A DNA stretch of 62,333 nt from Verrucomicrobiota bacterium. GTDB lineage: Bacteria; Verrucomicrobiota; Verrucomicrobiia; Chthoniobacterales; UBA10450. Location of the stretch: contig QHPG01000102.1 of assembly GCA_003219005.1 (NCBI GenBank), positions 1 through 62,333 of the forward strand, written 5' to 3'. Every line of letters begins with the position of its first letter. The first letter of the stretch is position 1. The notes beneath the pieces are model-generated. The model worked only from the letters and a program-made list of their open reading frames with translations. It did not search any database and was not told where the DNA came from. The translations under genes and the position numbers were made by a program. Of this stretch, positions 44,183 to 53,391 are shown piece by piece.

Positions 44183-44200
44183 CAGGGGGACTGCCCCCTG
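44183..44200 (+). terminator. Stem-loop CAGGGGG-ACTG-CCCCCTG directly after the lipoprotein stop
   Basis: A 7-bp GC-rich stem starts 1 nt after TAG and is followed by ATAGTTT, a weak T-tract. Confidence 0.5.
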
Positions 44201-44220
44201 ATAGTTTAACGGGTTTCTCT

Positions 44221-44299
44221 GATGCTGGATGCTAGATACTGGATGCTGGATTAGCGTCGCTGATTTTCATCGACGATCTAGCATCAAGTATCCAGTATC
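44221..44299. repeat. Two inverted 35-nt heptamer modules (5 x GATGCTG-like) separated by 9 nt, upstream of aroA
   Basis: Left module: GATGCTG GATGCTA GATACTG GATGCTG GATTAGC (44221-44255). The right module (44265-44299) reads GATACTG GATACTT GATGCTA GATCGTC GATGAAA on the other strand. Exact 10-mers GATGCTAGAT and GATACTGGAT occur in both orientations. Confidence 0.7.
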
Positions 44300-44314
44300 G
44301 CTTTTTCATTTTCT

Positions 44315-45667
44315 ATGGAGTTACGCGTAAAACGGGCGCCTCGGATTGATCTGGAAATTACTGTACCGGGCGATAAGAGCATTTCGCATCGCGCGGTAGT
44401 CATCGCGGCTCTGTCAAATGGAGTGTGCACTCTGCAGGGATTTCTCCCCAGTGAAGATTGCATGCACACGGTAAACGCAATGCGCGCTTTGGGTGTCAAG
44501 ATCGAACAGCCGGAACCGACCACGTTAATCGTTCACGGGAAAAAGCGGGTCCTTACTCCGCCGAAAAACGAGATTAATTGCGGCAATTCAGGTACGACCA
44601 TGCGACTTCTCGCCGGCTTGCTGGCAGGACAAACATTTGAAAGTCGCCTCGTTGCGGATGCGGGACTGTCGCGACGCCCGATGGATCGCGTGATCGCGCC
44701 GCTCTGTGAGATGGGCGCGAGCATCGTTGCCGAAGGGCCCGACCAAACAGCGCCGTTGCGAGTCAGCGGCGGTTCATTGCGTGGGATTCATTATTGCCCG
44801 TCTGTGGCAAGCGCACAGGTCAAAGGTGCTTTGCTGCTGGCGGGCCTTTTTGCCAGGGGTAAGACCACTGTCGAAGAACCGTTACCGACGCGGAACCACA
44901 TGGAAAAAATGTTCAATTATTTCCTGGTGCGGACTGCAACTGAAGAAGCTGGCAGTGTCACTGTATTCGGCGACCAGGTGCCAGAATCGCGAGACTTTGC
45001 CATTCCCGGCGACATTTCTTCCGCGGCCTTTTGGTTGGTTGCTGCCGCGGCGCAACGAAGAGGACATCTGCTTATCCGCGACGTTGGTTTAAATGATACA
45101 CGAACCGCGTTGCTGGGAGTTTTGCTCCGCATGGGTGCGCAGGTGCGCGAGGCTGTTGAAGGTGTCGATCAGGTTGAGCCGCGCGGAATTGTCGAAGTCA
45201 CAGGTTTTCCGCTTAAAGGAACCGTCATCCAAGGGAAGGAGGTGCCACGACTTATTGACGAACTACCGATTTTGTCTGTTGCAGGTGCCTTGGCAAACGG
45301 CAGGACAGTTATTCGCCAGGCAGGAGAATTACGCGTTAAAGAAACTGATCGCATTGCGGCAATCGCGCACAATTTGCGCACCATGGGCACGCAAGTGGCA
45401 GAGCTGAATGATGGCCTCGAAATTTCTGGGCCAGCCCCCCTACACGGTGCACAGGTGGCGAGCTTCGGTGATCACCGCATCGCGATGGCGTTTGCCATAG
45501 CGGGCCTGTTCGCTGAAGGCGAGACCGTTGTTCAGGACGCCGAATGCATCCGTGAGTCTTATCCGGGATTTGAAACGATGCTGGAAGAGTTCTCGAATCC
45601 GAAACGGATGCAGGTCAGCACCCCTGTGATCGGTTCACTCACTCCCACTGCGCCTGGGGAAGGCTAG
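44315..45667 (+). CDS. aroA: 3-phosphoshikimate 1-carboxyvinyltransferase (EPSP synthase)
   Basis: 450 aa with PGDKSISHR, CGNSGTTMRLLAG and LRVKETDRI. Confidence 0.95.
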   Translation: MELRVKRAPRIDLEITVPGDKSISHRAVVIAALSNGVCTLQGFLPSEDCMHTVNAMRALGVKIEQPEPTTLIVHGKKRVLTPPKNEINCGNSGTTMRLLAGLLAGQTFESRLVADAGLSRRPMDRVIAPLCEMGASIVAEGPDQTAPLRVSGGSLRGIHYCPSVASAQVKGALLLAGLFARGKTTVEEPLPTRNHMEKMFNYFLVRTATEEAGSVTVFGDQVPESRDFAIPGDISSAAFWLVAAAAQRRGHLLIRDVGLNDTRTALLGVLLRMGAQVREAVEGVDQVEPRGIVEVTGFPLKGTVIQGKEVPRLIDELPILSVAGALANGRTVIRQAGELRVKETDRIAAIAHNLRTMGTQVAELNDGLEISGPAPLHGAQVASFGDHRIAMAFAIAGLFAEGETVVQDAECIRESYPGFETMLEEFSNPKRMQVSTPVIGSLTPTAPGEG

Positions 45668-45704
45668 GCGAGTGCACATAGGATACGTAGGATACATGTG
45701 ACCT

Positions 45705-46388
45705 ATGGGATTGCGCTCTTCTCAGCGAGAATTCCATCGAGTAGTTGCCATTGATGGCCCGGCCGCCTCTGGAAAAAGCAGTGTGGCGCGAGAGCTTGCC
45801 GGGCGGCTCGGCTTTATCTACGTAAACTCGGGAGCTATTTATCGAGCGATCACCTGGTACCTCCTGGAAAAAGACATCAATGCAGAAGATACCGACCGCA
45901 TCGCCCAGGCTCTCGAGTCAGCAGCCATTACCTGCTGCATTCAGGCCAGCGAGTCGCGAATCCTGGTCGATAATGTGGATCCCGCGGCCCATTTGCGCGA
46001 TGATCGTGTGAACGAAAGCGTTTCCCGCATTAGCAGGTTGCCTCTGGTCCGCCAGATTGTTGGCCAGAAGCTGCATGAGCGTGCGCGGAGCGACGACTTG
46101 GTCGTAGAAGGACGGGATATTGGTTCCGTGGTTTTTCCTCAGACCCCTTACAAATTTTATGTCGATGCTTCGCCTGAGGTGCGTCTCCGGCGTCGTGCCG
46201 CACAGGGGGAACGCGACGAAATCGTGCTGCGCGACCACGCCGATTTTTCGCGGTCTGTCTCACCGCTCGTGATCGCGGAAGACGCTTATGTGATCGATAC
46301 GTCACATCTTGCGATCGAGGCAGTCGTCAACAAAATCATGGCACGCCTTAAGCAAATGGGTCTGCAGATTTGGAGATGTAGAGATTGA
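45705..46388 (+). CDS. cmk: Cytidylate kinase
   Basis: 227 aa with the P-loop VAIDGPAASGKSSVAR and EGRDIGSVVFP. Confidence 0.9.
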   Translation: MGLRSSQREFHRVVAIDGPAASGKSSVARELAGRLGFIYVNSGAIYRAITWYLLEKDINAEDTDRIAQALESAAITCCIQASESRILVDNVDPAAHLRDDRVNESVSRISRLPLVRQIVGQKLHERARSDDLVVEGRDIGSVVFPQTPYKFYVDASPEVRLRRRAAQGERDEIVLRDHADFSRSVSPLVIAEDAYVIDTSHLAIEAVVNKIMARLKQMGLQIWRCRD

Positions 46389-46431
46389 AACAAAGAGAAA
46401 TCGCTAAATCACTGAATCGCTCAGTCGTTAA

Positions 46432-47046
46432 ATGAATTTCTACTACTGGCTTGGCTATCACTTTTCCCGTCTGGTCGGCCGATTGTTTTTTCATTTTCGT
46501 GTAGTTCATCGGGAGCGCATGATTCAGAGTGGGCCGGCGATCCTCGCCATGAACCATCAGAGTTACCTCGATCCGCCGCTTGCTGGGATTACTTGCGACC
46601 GGGCGATATACTTTCTGACCCGGCGAACCCTCTTGGCCGCGCCGCTGCTCGGCTGGCTTTTGCCAAAGCTAAATGTAATCCCAGTCAATCAAGAGGGCGT
46701 GGATCGTAGTGCCATTAAGGCTTTGATTCGTCTTCTGAAGGCAGGGAACGGGGTGCTGGTTTTTCCGGAAGGCTCCCGCACGCTTGACGGTAAGTTGCAG
46801 CCGGCCGAGCCGGGGTTGGGCCTCGTGATTGCAAAAACGCTCGCGCCAGTCGTGCCGATGCGGATCTTTGGCGCCCACGAAGCCTTACCCCGGGGCGGTC
46901 GCGGTTTGCGGTTTGCGCCAATCACAATCGTGATCGGAGAGCCAATTTTCTTTTCCGCAGACGATCTTTCCCCGCCGGGAAAAAATCTCTACGGGCGGCT
47001 ATGCGAGCGCGTTATGGATGCAATTGCGGCATTGCGCCTGGACTGA
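46432..47046 (+). CDS. plsC: 1-acyl-sn-glycerol-3-phosphate acyltransferase
   Basis: 204 aa with HX4D (NHQSYLDP) and FPEGSRT. Confidence 0.85.
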   Translation: MNFYYWLGYHFSRLVGRLFFHFRVVHRERMIQSGPAILAMNHQSYLDPPLAGITCDRAIYFLTRRTLLAAPLLGWLLPKLNVIPVNQEGVDRSAIKALIRLLKAGNGVLVFPEGSRTLDGKLQPAEPGLGLVIAKTLAPVVPMRIFGAHEALPRGGRGLRFAPITIVIGEPIFFSADDLSPPGKNLYGRLCERVMDAIAALRLD

Positions 47047-47129
47047 CGCGGCCCTTGCGCTTGTAAGGTGGACTTCGATACTTAGGCGTGAATTCCCGCG
47101 AGCGAGTCTCGAAGAGTGCTGTTGTACTG

Positions 47130-47255
47130 ATGCTCATTATCATTGGGGCACTGGCCTTGTTGGCCGTCTTCGCCAATGTCCAGCGTTTTAGGCATGGCCA
47201 GGAGGAGACAGTCGTGGTCAGACCGGCGACTACACGAGCGCCGCAGACGCGGTAA
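47130..47255 (+). CDS. Possible 41-aa single-TM peptide
   Basis: MLIIIGALALLAVFANVQRFRHGQEETVVVRPATTRAPQTR. The frame is also open from GTG 47088. It is below the ORF-track cut-off, and there is no support beyond its hydrophobic helix and intergenic position. Confidence 0.2.
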   Translation: MLIIIGALALLAVFANVQRFRHGQEETVVVRPATTRAPQTR

Positions 47256-47332
47256 CTTTCGTTTGACTAGCCGCTGGCCTTCCATTTTCTTCATCCGAAT
47301 TAGGGAAGCCCAAAATACAGTTTACTCCTGAT

Positions 47333-47827
47333 ATGAAAAAAATTTTTATCCTTTCAATGCTCATCCCGCTTGCAATGATTTGCTCTTGCCAAAAACAAGA
47401 TTCGGCCGCTGAACAGCAACTTGCTCAACGGAAAGCCGAGCTGGACACACGTGAGAAAGCATTGGATGAAAGAGAGAAAGCATTGGCCGAAAGAGAAAAA
47501 GTCAGAGCGAAAGTCCCCACGATTCCCTCTGACGCTCAGTCGCGGAGCCAGGTTCGCGACGCCGCGCAGTTGAAAGCTGAAAGAGAAAGGAGATTACAAC
47601 AGCTGCCCCCCGACTTGCAGGGTCTCATCGCCGACCCCTCACAGGGGCGAGATGAAAACGACACCAGGATGCAAGAGCGACTCGCTCAACGACAGCGTCG
47701 AATGGAAGAATTACGAAGAGCGAGGATGGCTCACGCAGTAAAACCTTTTGGAGCGAAGGCCACGTCGCCAACTCCATCTCCTGCGATAGAGGCTACTTCG
47801 CCGTCCCCGTCGCCTACGCCCGAGTAA
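47333..47827 (+). CDS. Lipoprotein with coiled-coil/charged repeats
   Basis: MKKIFILSMLIPLAMICSC (lipobox). It has REKAL heptad repeats encoded by a 21-nt tandem duplication (47453-47494) and a Ser/Pro-rich tail. Confidence 0.65.
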   Translation: MKKIFILSMLIPLAMICSCQKQDSAAEQQLAQRKAELDTREKALDEREKALAEREKVRAKVPTIPSDAQSRSQVRDAAQLKAERERRLQQLPPDLQGLIADPSQGRDENDTRMQERLAQRQRRMEELRRARMAHAVKPFGAKATSPTPSPAIEATSPSPSPTPE

Positions 47828-47841
47828 ATTCGAGCCGTTAC

Positions 47842-50598
47842 TTATTCGCCTGGGCCAAAACTGGCCGCTAAATTTGCGCGGTATCCTGCAAGCTCGCGAG
47901 CGTACTGGAGCGTGTCGATAGAATCGACATTTTTGTCGCGCCGGATAGCTTTGATTCTCGGGAAACGCAATGCCAGTCCACTGGCGTGACGCGTGCTGGG
48001 TTGGATTGAATTGAAGGCGACCTCGAGCACAACATTCGGTTTTACTCTGCGATACCGGCCGTGATCCGCGATCGTATTCTTTTTGAAATGCTCGGTTAAT
48101 TCCGCAATCTCCGCGTCGGTCAATCCGCTATAAGCTTTGCCAATCGGCAGGAGCTCGCCAGTGATGTCATCGCGCACCGCGAAGGTGTAATCGCTCAGAA
48201 CATTATTGCGCTTGCCATGGCCAAGCTCCGCCGCGACCACCACCACATCGAGTGTCGCCAGCTCCTTCTTAAGCTTGAACCAAAACATCCCCCGGGTGCC
48301 GGGTAAGTACAAGCTTTCCGGATCTTTGATCATCAAACCCTCATTCGAGCGCTGGCGAGCCTGTTGAAACGCTTGTTCGATCTCGGCGGTGGAACGGGCG
48401 GGGATAACTCTCGTAATTTGGAATTGTGAAGGTAAACGCAGGTCATCGAGGTATCTTCGTCGCTCGTGCAACGGAGTTCTTAACAACGATAGCCCGTTCA
48501 GCCAAAGAAGATCAAAGATGACAAAGGCAACCGGCACGTCCGCTACCGCGCGCGCGAATAGATCTGTGCCGTCGCTGGTGCGGCCGAGTCGTCTTTGCAG
48601 ATCGAAAAAATTGAGTCTACGACCTTCCTGGGAAGCGATAATTTCACCATCGATAATTAGCTCCTCCTGGAAGTTCCTGGCGTGATCCGCCAGCTCGGGG
48701 AATTGACCGGTGATGAGTCGCAAATCACGCGAGAAAATTTCAACGCGCTGTGAGTTACGATGAAGCTGCGCTCGGATGCCATCGAATTTGTCTTCCAAAT
48801 ACACTGTAGCTGGCGCCGCTGACGCCGGTAGGCCGGGGTCATCCCGCGACTGCGGGACAACAAGAAAACGTTCCCACACGGCTTCAGGAGTCGGCTGAGG
48901 AGTCGCAAGCATGCACTTGATCGGACGAAAGAGCGACAGCTCCGCTCGATGCAGTTCCTTTCGTGAAGCGAGCAAGGCGGCCCGCCCGATGTCGCCTGAC
49001 AACATATTGGCCTCTCTTATTTCTTCGAAGGCAACATCGAACGCCTTCGCAATCGCTTCTTCTACCAAACCCTCGCGCAAGCCGATGCGCAGGTCGCCAG
49101 TCAAGATTTTGACGACGTACTGACCTTCGCGCGCGGACAGGATGGATAAGCGATTTTGCAGCAGTCTCGCCTTGGCGTTGGGGCCGCGCGCGCGATGCAG
49201 ATTTTGGAACAACTCGCGGGATTCGCGGATACTGAATGGTTGCGGGGCCGTTCGCCCATCGAGAATTTCGAACGCACTCTTGCCAGCATCGCCGTGCACG
49301 CTGGCGATGCGATGAAGTTCCGTCTCGGCGATGTTGGTGGCGGCTTGCAGTGAGCGGAAGATTATTGCCCAGCCAACCTGCAGTGTGCGCAAATCGCTTT
49401 GGGCAAATGCTCTCCCGGTAAAGTAGAGGGTCGCGATGGGGAGCTGCTCGCTGGTCAGACCGCGCAGATAATCGGCGAGCAGCCGAATTTTCTCCAGCTT
49501 TGCGGGGGTCGCAGCGATCGCTTCACCAGCATTCGCAAACGCGAGAAATTCCGATTTCCGCGCCGAATCGTAGGGACGGCGCGCTGCGCCGCCCGGACAT
49601 CGCAGCGCGACGATGTCCTTACTTCCAAGGGCCAACTCCATTTGATTTTCCTCATTCAATGCCCAGGCTTCGACGCCGCGCGCGCGGAGATCACTCGCAA
49701 ACTCGGCGGCAAACCCGTGGAGCGTAAACACTCGCCGTGGCTGTACCAGCTCGATGTAGCGAATCAAATCGTCATAATCCGCGTGATCCGAAAGAGGAAA
49801 TGCGGCATCGACGCCGTAACGATAGACCGCATTTGGATCTACCGCCCAACCGCTGATTATTGCCACGCGTCTGTGCGGAATTTTTTCCAGTATTTGCGAG
49901 CGATTCGCGCTCGGTGGACAGATCAGAACTTTTCCTGCAACATCATTCGCATTGTAGCGCACGTACTTGCAAAACGATTGGCCGGACTGCTCGTAGACGT
50001 GCGTCATTCGATAAACTGAGCCGTGGAGCATCGGCATTAGGCCGGCTCCATCAAGCGAACACAGTATCTCTTGAGCTTTGCCTAACGAGTAGCCCAGTAG
50101 CACCGGCACCTGGGCGGCTTCGATTGTTTCGCGGCAGAAAGCGACTATTTGGTCAATGACTTGCTCCGTTGGCGGAAATCGATACCGCGGGAGGCCGAAT
50201 GTGGTCTCCATTATAAGTGTATCGGCGTGGCGCCACTGCGCTTGTTCGGCGGATTTTCCGGGGCGCAGCTTGAAATCTCCTGTGTAAAGGAGCGTCTCGT
50301 CGCCGGCGAAAAGGAAACATTGCGCCGAACCAAAGATATGCCCAGCGGGCAATAACATCAGATCGAGCCCATGCACGGCCCGTTTTTCACCAAATGCCAG
50401 AACGTGTTCGAGACGACGACCCGGCATCCGGTGTTGAAGCAAGCGCGATGTTCGCTCGGAAACGATAATCTCCTCGTGAGGCGCTATGTGGTCGCTATGC
50501 GCGTGCGAGATGAAAGCGAAGTGCTTGGGGTCCCATGGGTCCAACCACAAATTCTGCCGCGGCAGATAAACGCCGCGTTCGTAACGAACTTCAATCAT
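47842..50598 (-). CDS. Fusion: beta-CASP/metallo-beta-lactamase exonuclease + ATP-dependent DNA ligase
   Basis: ATG 50598 (MIEVRYERGVYLP...). The N-terminal MBL HxHxDH motif is FISHAHSDH. Next comes a ligase DNA-binding domain, adenylation motif I (EDKFDGIRAQL) and the OB/motif VI (GLALRFPRIKAIRRDK). Confidence 0.85.
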   Translation of the reverse strand: MIEVRYERGVYLPRQNLWLDPWDPKHFAFISHAHSDHIAPHEEIIVSERTSRLLQHRMPGRRLEHVLAFGEKRAVHGLDLMLLPAGHIFGSAQCFLFAGDETLLYTGDFKLRPGKSAEQAQWRHADTLIMETTFGLPRYRFPPTEQVIDQIVAFCRETIEAAQVPVLLGYSLGKAQEILCSLDGAGLMPMLHGSVYRMTHVYEQSGQSFCKYVRYNANDVAGKVLICPPSANRSQILEKIPHRRVAIISGWAVDPNAVYRYGVDAAFPLSDHADYDDLIRYIELVQPRRVFTLHGFAAEFASDLRARGVEAWALNEENQMELALGSKDIVALRCPGGAARRPYDSARKSEFLAFANAGEAIAATPAKLEKIRLLADYLRGLTSEQLPIATLYFTGRAFAQSDLRTLQVGWAIIFRSLQAATNIAETELHRIASVHGDAGKSAFEILDGRTAPQPFSIRESRELFQNLHRARGPNAKARLLQNRLSILSAREGQYVVKILTGDLRIGLREGLVEEAIAKAFDVAFEEIREANMLSGDIGRAALLASRKELHRAELSLFRPIKCMLATPQPTPEAVWERFLVVPQSRDDPGLPASAAPATVYLEDKFDGIRAQLHRNSQRVEIFSRDLRLITGQFPELADHARNFQEELIIDGEIIASQEGRRLNFFDLQRRLGRTSDGTDLFARAVADVPVAFVIFDLLWLNGLSLLRTPLHERRRYLDDLRLPSQFQITRVIPARSTAEIEQAFQQARQRSNEGLMIKDPESLYLPGTRGMFWFKLKKELATLDVVVVAAELGHGKRNNVLSDYTFAVRDDITGELLPIGKAYSGLTDAEIAELTEHFKKNTIADHGRYRRVKPNVVLEVAFNSIQPSTRHASGLALRFPRIKAIRRDKNVDSIDTLQYARELAGYRANLAASFGPGE

Positions 50599-50652
50599 TA
50601 AAAAGAAGTTTACTTTCGGATTCGAGCGAGTTCCATAGGAGCTATAAGACCC

Positions 50653-51252
50653 ATGAGATACAGGCAAATGAGGTTTGCCGCCGCTCTGATTCTACTTGCG
50701 CTCGGCGCTTCTGGTAAAGCCGCTCCTCGCGAAGAACCAAGAATCGTCGAAAAAGTGACACCGCTTCCGGTGGCGTTAGACAAGGATTTCGAGTTTCGAA
50801 AAACGAAGCTTTTCTTGTTAAGCGAGAAAGCGCCAACGGCAGGTCAGCGTGCCCGGCAGACGACGAGCACGCTCGGTGCTAAATCGACGTCGCCGAGCCA
50901 GAAAACGGCGACGCTTCAGGACGCCCCGATCACCTTTGAGCGCCAATACCGGATGTTCGGCGCTGTGACGGCGCTGGATCAACGCCAGCGTTTCGGCAAT
51001 TACTTCGATTTCTTTTGGCGAGCGAAGCGCCCATCGGACGTTACTGTGCGTCTGGAGTATCGCCAGGAAAAATTACACGAACACGTCCAGGCACAGGAGA
51101 TTGCCTATCGAAACGTGCATGGCACCCATAAGACCGAATTCAAGGTCATTGGCGACGATTACTTCGACGACGGGCGCGTGATTGCCTGGCGTTGCCTGTT
51201 GATCGCAAACGGCCAGATCGTGTCAGAAAACCGCTCCTTTATGTGGGAGTAG
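50653..51252 (+). CDS. Secreted hypothetical protein
   Basis: 199 aa with a signal-like MRFAAALILLALGASGKAAP. No family was recognised. Confidence 0.5.
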   Translation: MRYRQMRFAAALILLALGASGKAAPREEPRIVEKVTPLPVALDKDFEFRKTKLFLLSEKAPTAGQRARQTTSTLGAKSTSPSQKTATLQDAPITFERQYRMFGAVTALDQRQRFGNYFDFFWRAKRPSDVTVRLEYRQEKLHEHVQAQEIAYRNVHGTHKTEFKVIGDDYFDDGRVIAWRCLLIANGQIVSENRSFMWE

Positions 51253-51381
51253 TTGGGGGCATCCGCGTCCCTCTGCTTTTTGTTCATGCTCGAGCGCTAC
51301 AGGGTCGCTCCTTGATCAATGCGGCCCTTGGTGGCCTGCGTTTTGAATCAAATTTCGGGAGCTGTTGAAGTCCTGTGAGGT

Positions 51382-51939
51382 TTGACAGCATGCCTTTTGG
51401 ACTGGTATCGTTACGGAGTAACTGTGGATTCATCTATTCAAGTAGGTGTAGGAGGCCCGACCGTATGGGTCAAAGTGGAAGGGAAAGGTAGTTTTCTCAA
51501 TAGCGGCAACCTGAAAGAGTTCGCGCGCGAGATGTTGGACCGCGGCTACCGAGAATTTGTGGTGGACTTGGCGGACTGCGCAATGATGGATTCCACGTTT
51601 ATGGGAACGATGGCCAGCGTGGCCTTGCGATTGAAGGAGCTTGGCCAGGGTCATCTTCACATCGTTCATTGTAGAAATCGCAGCCAGGAGCTTCTCTCGG
51701 GCCTGGGTCTGGATCAGATATTTGATATTCATGACAACGGAGCGCGTGCGCCTGAATGCGAAACGCTCGAGCAAACTCCTGGAGGCCGGTCGCCGGAGTT
51801 CCAGAAAAAGGAGCAGGCAGAAACGGTGCTGGAGGCGCACGAGGCGCTTTGCGAGGCAGCTCCGGAAAATCTGTTTCGATTTAAGGACGTTCTCGATTTC
51901 TTAAGACAGGACCTTCATCGCGAGACGCCTTTGAAGTAA
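51382..51939 (+). CDS. STAS-domain protein (anti-sigma-factor antagonist type)
   Basis: STAS core VWVKVEGKGSFLNSGNLKEFAREML....FVVDLADCAMMDSTFMGT with the phosphorylatable Ser/Thr context DST. It has an acidic C-terminal extension of about 60 aa. The start is uncertain (TTG 51382 or GTG 51424). Confidence 0.7.
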   Translation: MTACLLDWYRYGVTVDSSIQVGVGGPTVWVKVEGKGSFLNSGNLKEFAREMLDRGYREFVVDLADCAMMDSTFMGTMASVALRLKELGQGHLHIVHCRNRSQELLSGLGLDQIFDIHDNGARAPECETLEQTPGGRSPEFQKKEQAETVLEAHEALCEAAPENLFRFKDVLDFLRQDLHRETPLK

Positions 51940-51954
51940 GCTGGCCCTTGCACG

Positions 51955-53391
51955 ATGTGGCCGACTCTTCTCCTCGGACTGCTTGTCGCGTCTGTTGGCG
52001 GATGGATTCTTACCGCCTACCTCCAGACGCGGCGGATTCGAATGCTGGAACGTTCTCACGAGGAGATCCAGATCGAGGAAACGCTCGTTTTCGATTTTCT
52101 GCACGGTCTCGGCGAAGCCTTCCGGGAGACCATTCGACCCCAGGAACTGCACCGGCTCATTGTCGAGGGAGCTACGCGCATTCTCGACGCGCACGGCGGC
52201 GCGCTTTATGTGACCGATCGCACCGGCGCGAAACTTACGCCGGCTTTTATTTCCAAGGGTTGTCCGCCGCTGGTCGATATTCCTCCGCACATTTTGCAAC
52301 AAGCAGCCGCCAATTCCGTTGCGCTTGAAAGCTTTCTGCGACTGCACACGGTTGTCCCGGGGGAAGGATTGATTGGGCGCATCTGGCAAACTGGGCAATC
52401 TGTTTGGTTGAATGATTTCTCGGAAGCGCCAGAGCTGACAAAATTGCGCGGCAGCGCTTTTGGTAGCTCGTCGGTCATGGCTGCGGCGCTCCGATATGGA
52501 AATCAAGATCTGGGTGTACTGGCGCTCGCCAATGGCCCGACGGGTGCGGCCTTTTCGCAGGGTGATTTCGTCGTTTTTAAATCCCTCGCTGAGCAATCTG
52601 CCTTTGCGCTCTACAACGCCATCATTTATTCGATGGCGAACGAAAAGAAACGGCTGGATCACGATCTTGAGATTGCGCGGGACATCCAGCGCATTTTGCT
52701 CCCATCAGAAGCGCCCGTGATCAATGGGTTTCAGATCAGCGGTATGAATGTGCCGGCCCGCCAGGTAAGCGGCGATTACTTCGATTACATCCGCGTCGAT
52801 GAAGAACGGTTGGGCGTGGCAATCGCAGACGTTTCGGGCAAAGGTGTGCCGGCATCGCTGATCATGGCAATTTGCCGCAGTGTGTTGCGCGCTGAGGCGG
52901 CCCGCAACCCGTCTCCGGCGGATGTGCTACGAAAGGTGAATCGCCAGCTTTATCCCGATATCAAAGAAGACATGTTCATTAGCATGGCCTACCTTGTTCT
53001 AGATCACCAACGCAATGGTGTTACCCTCGCGCGCGCCGGACATGATGCGCCGTTACTGTATCAACAGAAGTCGCAAACCGTTACGCCAGTAAAATCCCCG
53101 GGAATGGTCGTGGGAATTGACAGCGGAAGCGTGTTTGATAGGCTTACAATTGACTTCGCGATCCCACTTGAGCGCGATGATTGCTTGGTCCTCTACACCG
53201 ACGGTGTGACGGAAACGCTAAATACTGAGGGAGACGAGTTCGGTCTTGATCGGATGATGGAATCGGTCCGTGCCAGCGTCAACGACGGCGCGCAGGCGGT
53301 TGTAAAAAAAATCATCCAGGACGTGCGCGACTTTACTGGCTCGGCACCTCAAAATGACGACATAACATTGATTGCCATCCGCAAGACATGA
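51955..53391 (+). CDS. Membrane-anchored GAF + PP2C (SpoIIE/RsbU-type) phosphatase
   Basis: 478 aa with an N-terminal TM (MWPTLLLGLLVASVGGWILTAYL) and a GAF-like region. The PP2C boxes are SGDYFDY, IADVSGKGVPASL, VLYTDGVTE and NDDITLIAI. Confidence 0.85.
   Translation: MWPTLLLGLLVASVGGWILTAYLQTRRIRMLERSHEEIQIEETLVFDFLHGLGEAFRETIRPQELHRLIVEGATRILDAHGGALYVTDRTGAKLTPAFISKGCPPLVDIPPHILQQAAANSVALESFLRLHTVVPGEGLIGRIWQTGQSVWLNDFSEAPELTKLRGSAFGSSSVMAAALRYGNQDLGVLALANGPTGAAFSQGDFVVFKSLAEQSAFALYNAIIYSMANEKKRLDHDLEIARDIQRILLPSEAPVINGFQISGMNVPARQVSGDYFDYIRVDEERLGVAIADVSGKGVPASLIMAICRSVLRAEAARNPSPADVLRKVNRQLYPDIKEDMFISMAYLVLDHQRNGVTLARAGHDAPLLYQQKSQTVTPVKSPGMVVGIDSGSVFDRLTIDFAIPLERDDCLVLYTDGVTETLNTEGDEFGLDRMMESVRASVNDGAQAVVKKIIQDVRDFTGSAPQNDDITLIAIRKT

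Noticed and set aside
423-44299. Whether the heptamer arrays or inverted repeats represent CRISPR arrays, IS elements or MITEs with transposase.
   Set aside because: The units are 7 nt and contiguous, with no spacers of CRISPR size. There are no cas genes and no transposase or integrase ORF anywhere in the window. No target-site duplications were noticed. They are listed as repeats only.
45674-45700. Duplicated TAGGATAC (..ATAGGATACGTAGGATACATGTG..) just upstream of cmk.
   Set aside because: It is only two copies with a 9-nt period and differs from the 5 x 7 modules. It is too short to distinguish from chance.
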